Below are positions 29,025 through 36,682 of a DNA stretch of 64,000 nt, piece after piece. The position numbers and the translations under genes are program-made. The stretch's first letter is position 1. Every line of letters begins with the position of its first letter. Location of the stretch: assembly GCA_013314715.1 (NCBI GenBank), contig JABUFC010000004.1, positions 6,777-70,776 on the forward strand, written 5' to 3'. This DNA is from Bacteroidales bacterium (lineage in GTDB: Bacteria; Bacteroidota; Bacteroidia; Bacteroidales; GWA2-32-17). Under the pieces are notes generated by a model that searched no databases, was not told where the DNA came from, and saw only the letters and a list, made by a program, of their open reading frames with translations.

Positions 29025-29097
29025 TGACTCCGGAGGGACTCGAACCCTCAACCCTCAGAACCGGAATCTGATATTCTATCCATTGAACTACGGAGCC
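29025..29097 (-). tRNA. tRNA-Arg (anticodon CCG)
   Basis: Reverse complement GGCTCCGTAGTTCAATGGATAGAATATCAGATTCCGGTTCTGAGGGTTGAGGGTTCGAGTCCCTCCGGAGTCA folds by hand into a cloverleaf. Acceptor is GGCTCCG/CGGAGTC, anticodon stem TCAGA/TCTGA, loop TTCCGGT, and T-arm GAGGG-TTCGAGT-CCCTC. No CCA is encoded. Confidence 0.9.
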
Positions 29098-29142
29098 AAA
29101 ATACAAAATTACATCATTTTTTTCTATAATAGAACAAAGACT

Positions 29143-30324
29143 CTATATATATTCTAAAGTTACTGTTTTTAACCATTTTTCTTCTAATTCATTGGCAATT
29201 TGACGTATGACGGTACGTCGTATTTCAATATCTATTGGCAAATTAGGATCTTGGTGTGCTTCGTTAATTTTAGTTCCAATAATAAAATGAATATAATCGC
29301 TATCGAGCAACATTTTAACAATTAAATTAGCAGGTCCTTTTAAAAATAAATATTCTTGTTTAAAATGTTTAAGCAAGTCTAAGACTTTGGTAAGTGTTAA
29401 AATGCCTTCAGTTATTAAATCCACTCCGGGCATATATGAAACGGGTGGGAGGTCGGGATCGATCATATCGAATGTGTCTGTAATGGTTTGTTTTAGTTCG
29501 CGTGCAAAAATATCGGCAGTAGTTGCTCCGCAAATTATTTTTTTGCCTTCAAAATTTAATAGTTTTTGTGCATATGTTTTATCATTTTGTTTATCGAATG
29601 GAGGACCTGTGCATATAAGCAATGAGCGAGGCTCTCTAAAATAAACAACACAAGCCGAAGTGTCGTCGCCAGGCATAAATGAGTCGTGTTTTACTGCTTT
29701 TTTTACTATTTTGTCAGCTAGTTCTTCAGATGATATGGTTGGATTTTTTTGAATATTAGCAGCAATATAATTTTCGATATTATCTATGCCCCATCCAAAA
29801 GGCATTTCGTTTGTTCCCATTCCTGCTTGTACAACACCATCGCTCATAAAAATAATTCTATCTTCTTTTTGTGATTGGAAGGTACAAGTAAGAATTTCTT
29901 TACCTTTGAATTTATCGTTATTTAGCCACATGCATTGCCAACCTACGTCGAGTACTTTATGTCCTCTAAAAACGAGGGTTTTAGGGTTATCATATTCCAC
30001 AATATGAACAGTTCCATCTGATTCAATATCGACAATGGTAAATGTAGCATAACTCATTTTTCGCACGCTACAGACTGGAAGGGTGTTTAATAGAATTTCG
30101 GCTATTTTGTAATGATCGCGATGATTTTTAGTAAAACTCATAGCCATAGTAGCCGTAAGTGTCGCTAAAATGTTTGCTTTAACGCCATGTCCCATGCCGT
30201 CCGAAAGGACTAAAATTGCTCGCTTTTCTTCTTTTATGCGTTGACTAAGAAAAACATCGCCACAAATGCGTTGATTATGTTTATATTGTTGCCTGCAAAA
30301 AACATCTATGTAAAAACGGTTCAT
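29143..30324 (-). CDS. PP2C-type SpoIIE/RsbU family serine phosphatase with extra C-terminal domain
   Basis: 393 aa with ICGDVF...AILVLSDGMGHGVKANILA and SDGV motifs. Its ATG overlaps the upstream stop in an ATGA (30321-30324). Confidence 0.8.
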   Translation of the reverse strand: MNRFYIDVFCRQQYKHNQRICGDVFLSQRIKEEKRAILVLSDGMGHGVKANILATLTATMAMSFTKNHRDHYKIAEILLNTLPVCSVRKMSYATFTIVDIESDGTVHIVEYDNPKTLVFRGHKVLDVGWQCMWLNNDKFKGKEILTCTFQSQKEDRIIFMSDGVVQAGMGTNEMPFGWGIDNIENYIAANIQKNPTISSEELADKIVKKAVKHDSFMPGDDTSACVVYFREPRSLLICTGPPFDKQNDKTYAQKLLNFEGKKIICGATTADIFARELKQTITDTFDMIDPDLPPVSYMPGVDLITEGILTLTKVLDLLKHFKQEYLFLKGPANLIVKMLLDSDYIHFIIGTKINEAHQDPNLPIDIEIRRTVIRQIANELEEKWLKTVTLEYI

Positions 30325-32180
30325 TTTTTACCAGTTTTATAAGACTGAATAACAGAATAAAGCATTTGTTCGGTAGCAGCAGCTTCTTCGCCTAATAAAA
30401 ATCCTATTTTTTGAACCATTTGCAGATTTCTGTCGATAACTTCGTTTAAGCGATTGATAACTTCTTCGTCGCGAATTTCAGGTGTAAATAAATCGCGCAA
30501 TACTGCACCAACAATTTTGTTTTTCTTTATCGAAAAAATAGTGAGATTAATAAGTTTATCGTTAAATTGTATGTCTTTGTTAGTAATGGGTTCGTCGTTT
30601 TCGAGAACGTATGAAAAGAATTGAACTAAATTGGGAGGTAATAAAGTTTTTAAATCGGCACCTGTGAGTTCAGGTATAATTTCGCTTATTTCAATGGCAT
30701 CTTTTCCGAGCAATGTAATAAAACTTTGATTGCTGCGGATTATTTTAAGGTTGAAATCGACAATTACTACTGCTGCTGGAAGTTTTTGTAGCGTAGCATT
30801 GAGTATTTCCATTGCTTGTTGAGCTTGCTCTTTGTCTTTTGTAATTTGTTCCTGAGTTTTTTTTATTTCTTCGTGCGATTTTTGCATTTCTTCGATTTTC
30901 TTTTGAAGGCTGGTAATATAACGATTTCTGTTGTCGAGCGAATTATGAAGGCACATATCGCTTTTGGCTAGTCCTGCAGCCACATAAGTTGCAAAATCTT
31001 TACACGATTTATAACCACAAACTTGGCAGCCTTTGTCGTAATTATCTTCGTGTTTTTTTAATATTTTGAGTGTTTGCAATATTTTTTCTTCAGAAATATT
31101 TAGTCGCTGATCGTTTTCTTCAAATATTGTTTTTATAGCCAACGATTTATATTTATTAACATCCTCTTGCCAATTTTTAAGTTTTATAGCTTGAGCGCGT
31201 TTTTTTGTGTATTCTGATACGAGAGTCGTTTTTTGTAAAATATCTTCATTGCGACTCATACCTGGACCATTAAGGCAACCTTTACAATAAAACAAGTTTA
31301 AATGTTTTTGAACTTGAACGATTTTATTCGAAAACTCTTCTAAAGCATTAATAACATTATTTTTATCTGAAAACGTAATAATTTCACTATTAATATTGCT
31401 TTGGTCGAGGTCGGTTAGTTCAATCCATCCGTTGGGAATGGGAAATAAGCTTCCCATTCTGCTTTGTGGACCATCAAAGTCGCTGTATTCTAATTGTGCT
31501 TCGTTTATGTTAAGTTGAGAAAATAATTCTCTTAATTCTTGAAAAGTTAGTACACAGTTGATATGTTCTTCTGCATGGGGTTTAAAAAAGGCTTTTTTAG
31601 TTGCTGTACACGACGTTATAAAAATTATTTCTGTATCTTGCCCCAATTGTTTGCGAGCAATTTTTGCCATAATTTGCGATGGCGTAAGAATGGGAATTAA
31701 ATTCGAAATTAGTTCCGGAAAGTATTTACAAATAATATCATTAATTACCGGACAAGCAGAAGTTATATAATGTTTGCCTTTAAAATCGCGAATAATTTGT
31801 TGATATTGAATAGACATTAAGTCAACTCCAAACGAAACGTCAAAAATATATTTACCGCCAATTTGTCTGAGCATTTGTGCAAATTTACGATAATCGCTAA
31901 TGTCTGGAAATTCGGCAGCAATTGCAGGGTCAATAAGTATAACATTGTGTTCTTTTTTCAAAATTTGCATGGCTGTTGGAATCCAATGTTGGTATTGAAT
32001 GGCTTCGGTAGGACAAGAAGGAACACAGCTGCCACAATTAACACATCGATTATCGACAATGCGTGCAAAACTTTGACTGGTTTTTACTTCTATTGCTTTA
32101 ACAGGACAGGTTCTAACACAAGAATAGCATAAGATACACTTTGAAGCATCGATGTCATAGATTGCTTTTGTGTTTTCCAT
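30321..32180 (-). CDS. putative sensory [FeFe]-hydrogenase (HydS-like) with C-terminal PAS domain
   Basis: 619 aa with an N-terminal 2x[4Fe-4S] ferredoxin (CILCYSCVRTCP, CVNCGSCVPSCP). H-domain motifs are ITSACPV (L1, Ala at the relay-Cys position), ITSCTATKKA (L2) and FYCKGCLNGPG (L3). An extra Cys cluster GCQVCGYKSCKDF...DMC is followed by a coiled coil and a PAS-like ~110 aa. Confidence 0.8.
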   Translation of the reverse strand: MENTKAIYDIDASKCILCYSCVRTCPVKAIEVKTSQSFARIVDNRCVNCGSCVPSCPTEAIQYQHWIPTAMQILKKEHNVILIDPAIAAEFPDISDYRKFAQMLRQIGGKYIFDVSFGVDLMSIQYQQIIRDFKGKHYITSACPVINDIICKYFPELISNLIPILTPSQIMAKIARKQLGQDTEIIFITSCTATKKAFFKPHAEEHINCVLTFQELRELFSQLNINEAQLEYSDFDGPQSRMGSLFPIPNGWIELTDLDQSNINSEIITFSDKNNVINALEEFSNKIVQVQKHLNLFYCKGCLNGPGMSRNEDILQKTTLVSEYTKKRAQAIKLKNWQEDVNKYKSLAIKTIFEENDQRLNISEEKILQTLKILKKHEDNYDKGCQVCGYKSCKDFATYVAAGLAKSDMCLHNSLDNRNRYITSLQKKIEEMQKSHEEIKKTQEQITKDKEQAQQAMEILNATLQKLPAAVVIVDFNLKIIRSNQSFITLLGKDAIEISEIIPELTGADLKTLLPPNLVQFFSYVLENDEPITNKDIQFNDKLINLTIFSIKKNKIVGAVLRDLFTPEIRDEEVINRLNEVIDRNLQMVQKIGFLLGEEAAATEQMLYSVIQSYKTGKK

Positions 32181-32183
32181 ATT

Positions 32184-32447
32184 TTACTTTATTTTAAGTT
32201 GAGGATAGTGAGTTTTTAAATATTCAATGACTTCATGAAGTGAATGAAATGTTTTTAATGTGTCATCTATTTTACAAAAAGGACCATCTTTACATTCACC
32301 AAAACAGCGTGTGCCTTTAAAATCGATAATATGTTCTAGATGATTTTGATGAAGGTATTCATTTATTTCTTTTACTAAATATTTATTCCCTCGTGCAAAA
32401 CAAGAACTACCTAAGCAAATATTTATTTTTATCTTTTCAATCGACAT
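32184..32447 (-). CDS. small thioredoxin-like [2Fe-2S] ferredoxin
   Basis: 87 aa with the Cx4C...Cx3C pattern (CLGSSCFARG ... RCFGECKDGP), as in NuoE-type clusters. It is the first gene of the minus-strand sensor operon. Confidence 0.7.
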   Translation of the reverse strand: MSIEKIKINICLGSSCFARGNKYLVKEINEYLHQNHLEHIIDFKGTRCFGECKDGPFCKIDDTLKTFHSLHEVIEYLKTHYPQLKIK

Positions 32448-32523
32448 GTGAATAAAAATTTTTTCAAAGGTAAATAAAGTTTCGTTAAAAAGTTGTTTAA
32501 AAACATTTGTTAAAAAAATAACA

Positions 32524-32541
32524 TTGTTTGTGTGTTCACAA
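32524..32541. promoter_or_regulatory. candidate Rex operator
   Basis: TTGTTTGTGTGTTCACAA compared with the consensus TTGTGAAnnnnTTCACAA. The right half-site is perfect and the left half matches 4 of 7. It lies in the divergent promoter region just upstream of the -7 box of hydC. Confidence 0.35.
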
Positions 32542-32549
32542 AAAAGTAT

Positions 32550-32557
32550 TAAATTTG
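32550..32557 (+). promoter_or_regulatory. -7 box TAAATTTG for the hydCBA-sensor operon
   Basis: Matches TAnnTTTG 23 nt upstream of the ATG at 32580. Confidence 0.45.
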
Positions 32558-32579
32558 CCGTATCTATAAATCAATTAAA

Positions 32580-33032
32580 ATGAGCACATTTTCTGATATT
32601 TTATCTTCATATTCTTCTAATAATTATACGCAAATATTGGCTGTTTTTCAGTCTTTGCAGCAACAAAATGGTTATATTACCCATGCAGATATTATTCAGG
32701 TTTCGCAATATTTTAATTTAGCCAGCGAAGAAGTTTATAGTCTTTTGTCGTTTTATCCTCAATTTCGTTTTAAACCCAAAGGTAAATATCATATTGAAGT
32801 TTGTAAGCAATCGGTATGTAGAATGCATAAAAACGATGAAATTGTTTTTTTTATTCAGAATATAATTGGTATAGAACCGGGAGAAATAAGTAGCGATGCT
32901 TTGTTTAGTTTCGATTTTGGTTTGTGTACAGGCATTTGTAAGCCACATATACGTATAAACGATGATATTTTTATTTTTCAATCGCTTGATGAATTAAAGA
33001 AAATTCTTGAACAATATATTAAACTTCGTTAA
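32580..33032 (+). CDS. hydC: NuoE-like [2Fe-2S] subunit of trimeric [FeFe]-hydrogenase
   Basis: 150 aa with Cx4C (VCKQSVCRMH) and Cx3C (GLCTGICKPH) in the thioredoxin-like fold order. Confidence 0.75.
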   Translation: MSTFSDILSSYSSNNYTQILAVFQSLQQQNGYITHADIIQVSQYFNLASEEVYSLLSFYPQFRFKPKGKYHIEVCKQSVCRMHKNDEIVFFIQNIIGIEPGEISSDALFSFDFGLCTGICKPHIRINDDIFIFQSLDELKKILEQYIKLR

Positions 33033-33033
33033 G

Positions 33034-34950
33034 ATGACACTTGTTTCTACTATAAGCGAAATTATAGATAAAGTTATAAATAATGATTTTTCATTTAAAT
33101 GGAAACAACATTTGTTATTCGAAAGTGTAAATAAACCGACTTGCTTTATTTCTGTTACTTCTGCATGTCCAGTTCATACTATTCTTGGAATAAAAAGCGA
33201 AATTCAACGTTATGCTAATGAACGACATATAGAAATTGAGGTATATGAAACGGGGTCGATAGGTATTCTTTCTTTTGAACCGGTTTTGGCTATTCAGTTG
33301 CCGGGCAAAGCAAGACTTTTTTATGCAGAAATAAATGCCGAAGATATATTTGCTTTGTTAGAAGCAGTTTTTTCTTCGTGGGTTCAACATGTTCATTTAA
33401 TAGGTCAATTAGTATTTGAAGGAAGTGAGCCTTGGGCGGGTGTGCAAGTTTTATCTGAAAAATCATGGTTTTGTTTTCCAACGCGTTTTATTACCGAAGC
33501 TTGCGGTTTTGTTTTGCCCGATTCGTTACGATCTGCATTAGCATGTAATCGTTGGACTACTTTCTTAACTTCACTTCGAAACATGTCGCCTGGCGATATC
33601 GTTTTAACCATAATTGAAAGCGAATTGAAAGGGCGGAGTGGTAGTGGTTTTAATACAGGAAAAAAGTGGAAGCTTGCATCTGAAAGAAAAACGGAACAAT
33701 GTTACCTTATTTGCAACGCATTTGAGAGTAATCCGGCATCGGCAATTGGTAGATTATTATTAGAAAGCGACCCACATTTAGTACTCGAATCAATAGCCAT
33801 TAGTGCTTATGCAAACCAATGCAATAAAGCTTATTTAGTTGTTCCTTATTATTATTCATTGGCTATAAAGCGTATTCAAAAAGCTTTGGATGATGCCTAT
33901 GAAAATGGATTATTAGGATTTGATATACAAAAAAGTGGTTTTTCGTTAGATATTATATTGTTTGTCGCTCCCGGTTCATATATCATGGGCGAAGAAACGG
34001 CTATTATTCAAGCTATAGAAGGCAAAAAGGCAATGCCCATAGAAAAACCACCCTATCCAATACAAAAAGGGTTATTTGGAAAACCTACCATTATTAACAA
34101 TATCGAAACGCTTTGCCATGTAACTTATATTGTACGATATGGTGTTCAATGGTTTAAGTCGTATGGTAATTCGCATGGTTATGGTACAAAATTGTTTTCT
34201 GTTTCAGGTGCAAACGTATTAAGGGGTGTTTTTGAACTGCCGTTAGGTACCAGTATGAAAGATATTTATGAGCTTACAAAATGGTCTGATAACGATTCTG
34301 TTAAAGCAATACACATAGGAGGTCCTATCGGTCGCATTTTTAGTCATACTTCATTAAATGAAATGAATTGCAATTACGCCGATTCTATGCAGAATTCATT
34401 TTTAGGTGATGGAACGATTTTGTTTTTAGACAATTCGAACTGTATGGTCGATTATGTTAAAAACGAAATACAATTTATTTGTAGCGAAAGTTGTGGCAAA
34501 TGCTTACCATGTCGCGAAGGGAGTAAAAAAATTGAAGACATTTTAAATTTGTTAACCCATCGCCCTGAAAACGAAAAAAATAAAGAAACGCTTGAGCGTA
34601 TAAAACAAGTAATGCAATTAAACGAATTAGCTACTACTATAGCTGAAACTTCATTGTGTGGATTAGGTAAGCACTTTCCGCTTTTAGTCAGCGATTTAAT
34701 ACAACATTTTAAAGAAGAACTTGAAGAACATTTGTATGAACGACATTGTAGAGCTGGAGTTTGTAAAAATTTGCGACGTTATTATATAAATGTCGAAAAA
34801 TGCATTGGATGCCATGTTTGTTTTAATCGTTGTCCTCAGAATGCAATTGTTGGCGTTATTCAACATCCGCATTTTATTATACAAGAAAAATGCAATTCAT
34901 GTGGAATTTGTTATGGAGCGTGCAAGTTTAGTGCTATAGAAATTAAATAA
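33034..34950 (+). CDS. hydB: NuoF-like NAD(P)H/FMN-binding subunit of trimeric [FeFe]-hydrogenase with C-terminal 2x[4Fe-4S]
   Basis: GRSGSGFNTGKKW (nucleotide site), GEETAIIQAIEG (FMN), SCGKCLPCREG plus SLCGLGKHFP (N3-type cluster), and CIGCHVCFNRCP / CNSCGICYGACK. The start was trimmed from TTG 33007 to the ATG at 33034, 1 nt after the hydC stop. Confidence 0.85.
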   Translation: MTLVSTISEIIDKVINNDFSFKWKQHLLFESVNKPTCFISVTSACPVHTILGIKSEIQRYANERHIEIEVYETGSIGILSFEPVLAIQLPGKARLFYAEINAEDIFALLEAVFSSWVQHVHLIGQLVFEGSEPWAGVQVLSEKSWFCFPTRFITEACGFVLPDSLRSALACNRWTTFLTSLRNMSPGDIVLTIIESELKGRSGSGFNTGKKWKLASERKTEQCYLICNAFESNPASAIGRLLLESDPHLVLESIAISAYANQCNKAYLVVPYYYSLAIKRIQKALDDAYENGLLGFDIQKSGFSLDIILFVAPGSYIMGEETAIIQAIEGKKAMPIEKPPYPIQKGLFGKPTIINNIETLCHVTYIVRYGVQWFKSYGNSHGYGTKLFSVSGANVLRGVFELPLGTSMKDIYELTKWSDNDSVKAIHIGGPIGRIFSHTSLNEMNCNYADSMQNSFLGDGTILFLDNSNCMVDYVKNEIQFICSESCGKCLPCREGSKKIEDILNLLTHRPENEKNKETLERIKQVMQLNELATTIAETSLCGLGKHFPLLVSDLIQHFKEELEEHLYERHCRAGVCKNLRRYYINVEKCIGCHVCFNRCPQNAIVGVIQHPHFIIQEKCNSCGICYGACKFSAIEIK

Positions 34951-35017
34951 AAACAAAGTATGTTAAAAGTTTATAATAGTTTTAGCAGGTTTTTAAAGCC
35001 TAATAAAAAATGATAAC

Positions 35018-36682
35018 ATGAGAAATAATTCTACAATATCAATTACTATAAATGGGATAAAAGTTAAAGCATCGAATGGGGATATATTATTAAATGTTTT
35101 AAACGAAAATGGCATTAAAATACCTACACTTTGTCACTTAAAAGGGCATATCCCACAATATCCATGTCGTATTTGTCTTGTGTATAACGAAATAGATCAG
35201 ACGTATATTCCTTCGTGTAGTACTATAGTTAGCAATGGCATGAGTATTCTAACTCATACACCGAGTTTAATTAAAAAACGGCAACAAATATTAGAAATGT
35301 TGTTGAGTAGCCATCCCGATGATTGTTTATATTGTGTAAAAAATGATGCATGCCATTTACGTATGTTGGCGAGCGAACTTAGTATTGACCAGCGGCGATT
35401 TTATGTAAAAAACATTAAACAAAATAATGATAAATCATCGGCTGCTATTGTTCGCGAATATGCCAAATGTGTTTTATGTGGTAAGTGTATAGAAATATGT
35501 AATCAGCAACAGTGCCATATCTTGCAATTCAACTACAAAGGTATAGAATCGAGGGTAGAGCCTGTATTGGGTAAATTATTAAACCAATCGAATTGTGTTT
35601 ATTGTGGTCAGTGTATAATGGTTTGTCCTACTGCCTCGCTTTACGAAAAAGAAAATATTTCAGCTTATTATACTTCACTTGATACTGTTAATAACAGTAC
35701 TTTTGCTATAATTTCGCCGTTATTAGAATTCGATTTCTCTATCAATTTATTGAATAAATCGCCTCGGGTAAGAGAAAATCAGGCTATTTCTATTATTAAA
35801 AATTCTGGAGCTAATAAAATTTTTAACCTCAATGCCGGAATAGATTTATATTTAAACGAATTGCTCCATGAATTCATTAAAACTAAAAATAAAGGGAATA
35901 CTTTAATCTCTGGTTTCTGTCCATCAGCAGAGTGGTATTTAAAAAAAATGTCATTACCAGACCATTATAAGATTTCAAAAATTCAAAAACCCATACAAAT
36001 TCTTCAACAATTGCTTTTAACGATTTTTCCTAATCAAATATTTCAAATTCATAGTTTCACTACTTGTTTAGCCGAAAAGCAACTTTTTTCGAATCAGGTT
36101 TTAAAAAATAAAGCGTTTGCATATACTGTTCGAGAGTTATTAAAAATAAAAAATGCCACAAGTACATCGTCTATTCGCAACAACTTTAAAACCGATGAGC
36201 CTTTTCATTTATATAGTGGATTGTCATTTTTGCCTTTTATTCCAGGTGGTTTGAGTGAAGCATTGGCTCGTATGATATACCAAATAAAAACACAAAAAGA
36301 TTTAGAAAAAGATAAATTAGAAAGCTTTAGAAATATTGAACAATTTTCGATTCAAACTATTGTAATTGAAAAACAAACTTATATTTTTGGAATTATAAAT
36401 GGCATTGGCAATGTTAAAAAGGCTTTAGAAAATTGGAAAGATAAATCAATTGATTTCATAGAAATATTAGCCTGCCCTAATGGTTGTGTTATGGGTGGAG
36501 GTTCTTCTTTTGAGCACATGCAGAATTTCGATTTAAAGTCTTTTGAAAAGCAGTGGTACGAAAATGTAGAACGAGCACTTATACGCTATCCTCAACGTAA
36601 TTTGCAGCTCATGTCTATGTTGGAGGAGGCTAAGAATAAAACAAATGGAGAAAAAAATTTATTAATAAACGAAGACGAATGA
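35018..36682 (+). CDS. hydA: [FeFe]-hydrogenase large subunit homologue with intact F-clusters but divergent H-cluster pocket
   Basis: 554 aa. N-terminal [2Fe-2S] (LCH...PCRICLV...SCS), His-ligated cluster HPDDCLYCVKNDAC, and CVLCGKCIEIC / CVYCGQCIMVCP. H-domain motifs are SGFCPSAEW (canonical TSCCPxW), FTTCLAEKQL (canonical MPCxxKKxE) and EILACPNGCVMGGG (canonical ExMACxGGCxxGGG). Confidence 0.8.
   Translation: MRNNSTISITINGIKVKASNGDILLNVLNENGIKIPTLCHLKGHIPQYPCRICLVYNEIDQTYIPSCSTIVSNGMSILTHTPSLIKKRQQILEMLLSSHPDDCLYCVKNDACHLRMLASELSIDQRRFYVKNIKQNNDKSSAAIVREYAKCVLCGKCIEICNQQQCHILQFNYKGIESRVEPVLGKLLNQSNCVYCGQCIMVCPTASLYEKENISAYYTSLDTVNNSTFAIISPLLEFDFSINLLNKSPRVRENQAISIIKNSGANKIFNLNAGIDLYLNELLHEFIKTKNKGNTLISGFCPSAEWYLKKMSLPDHYKISKIQKPIQILQQLLLTIFPNQIFQIHSFTTCLAEKQLFSNQVLKNKAFAYTVRELLKIKNATSTSSIRNNFKTDEPFHLYSGLSFLPFIPGGLSEALARMIYQIKTQKDLEKDKLESFRNIEQFSIQTIVIEKQTYIFGIINGIGNVKKALENWKDKSIDFIEILACPNGCVMGGGSSFEHMQNFDLKSFEKQWYENVERALIRYPQRNLQLMSMLEEAKNKTNGEKNLLINEDE

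Noticed and set aside
29025-29097. tRNA-Arg at the edge of the hydrogenase/sensor island as a genomic-island integration site
   Set aside because: No integrase, no transposase, and no direct repeat of the tRNA 3' end seen at the other border (around 40786..41700). Adjacency alone is not evidence.
32447-32468. Second Rex-like element TGTGAA-N10-TTCAAA next to the start of the small [2Fe-2S] gene
   Set aside because: Half-site spacing is wrong (10 nt instead of 4) and the right half is imperfect. It overlaps the start codon and is probably chance similarity in AT-rich DNA.
33007-33033. N-terminal extensions in the ORF track that begin at TTG/GTG (33007, 18350, 18867, 45720, 47278, 52762, 55127, 61849, 7973)
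   Set aside because: In each case an ATG with better context exists shortly downstream: directly after the upstream stop, in an ATGA overlap, or at the start of a signal peptide. The longer forms would overlap the upstream gene.
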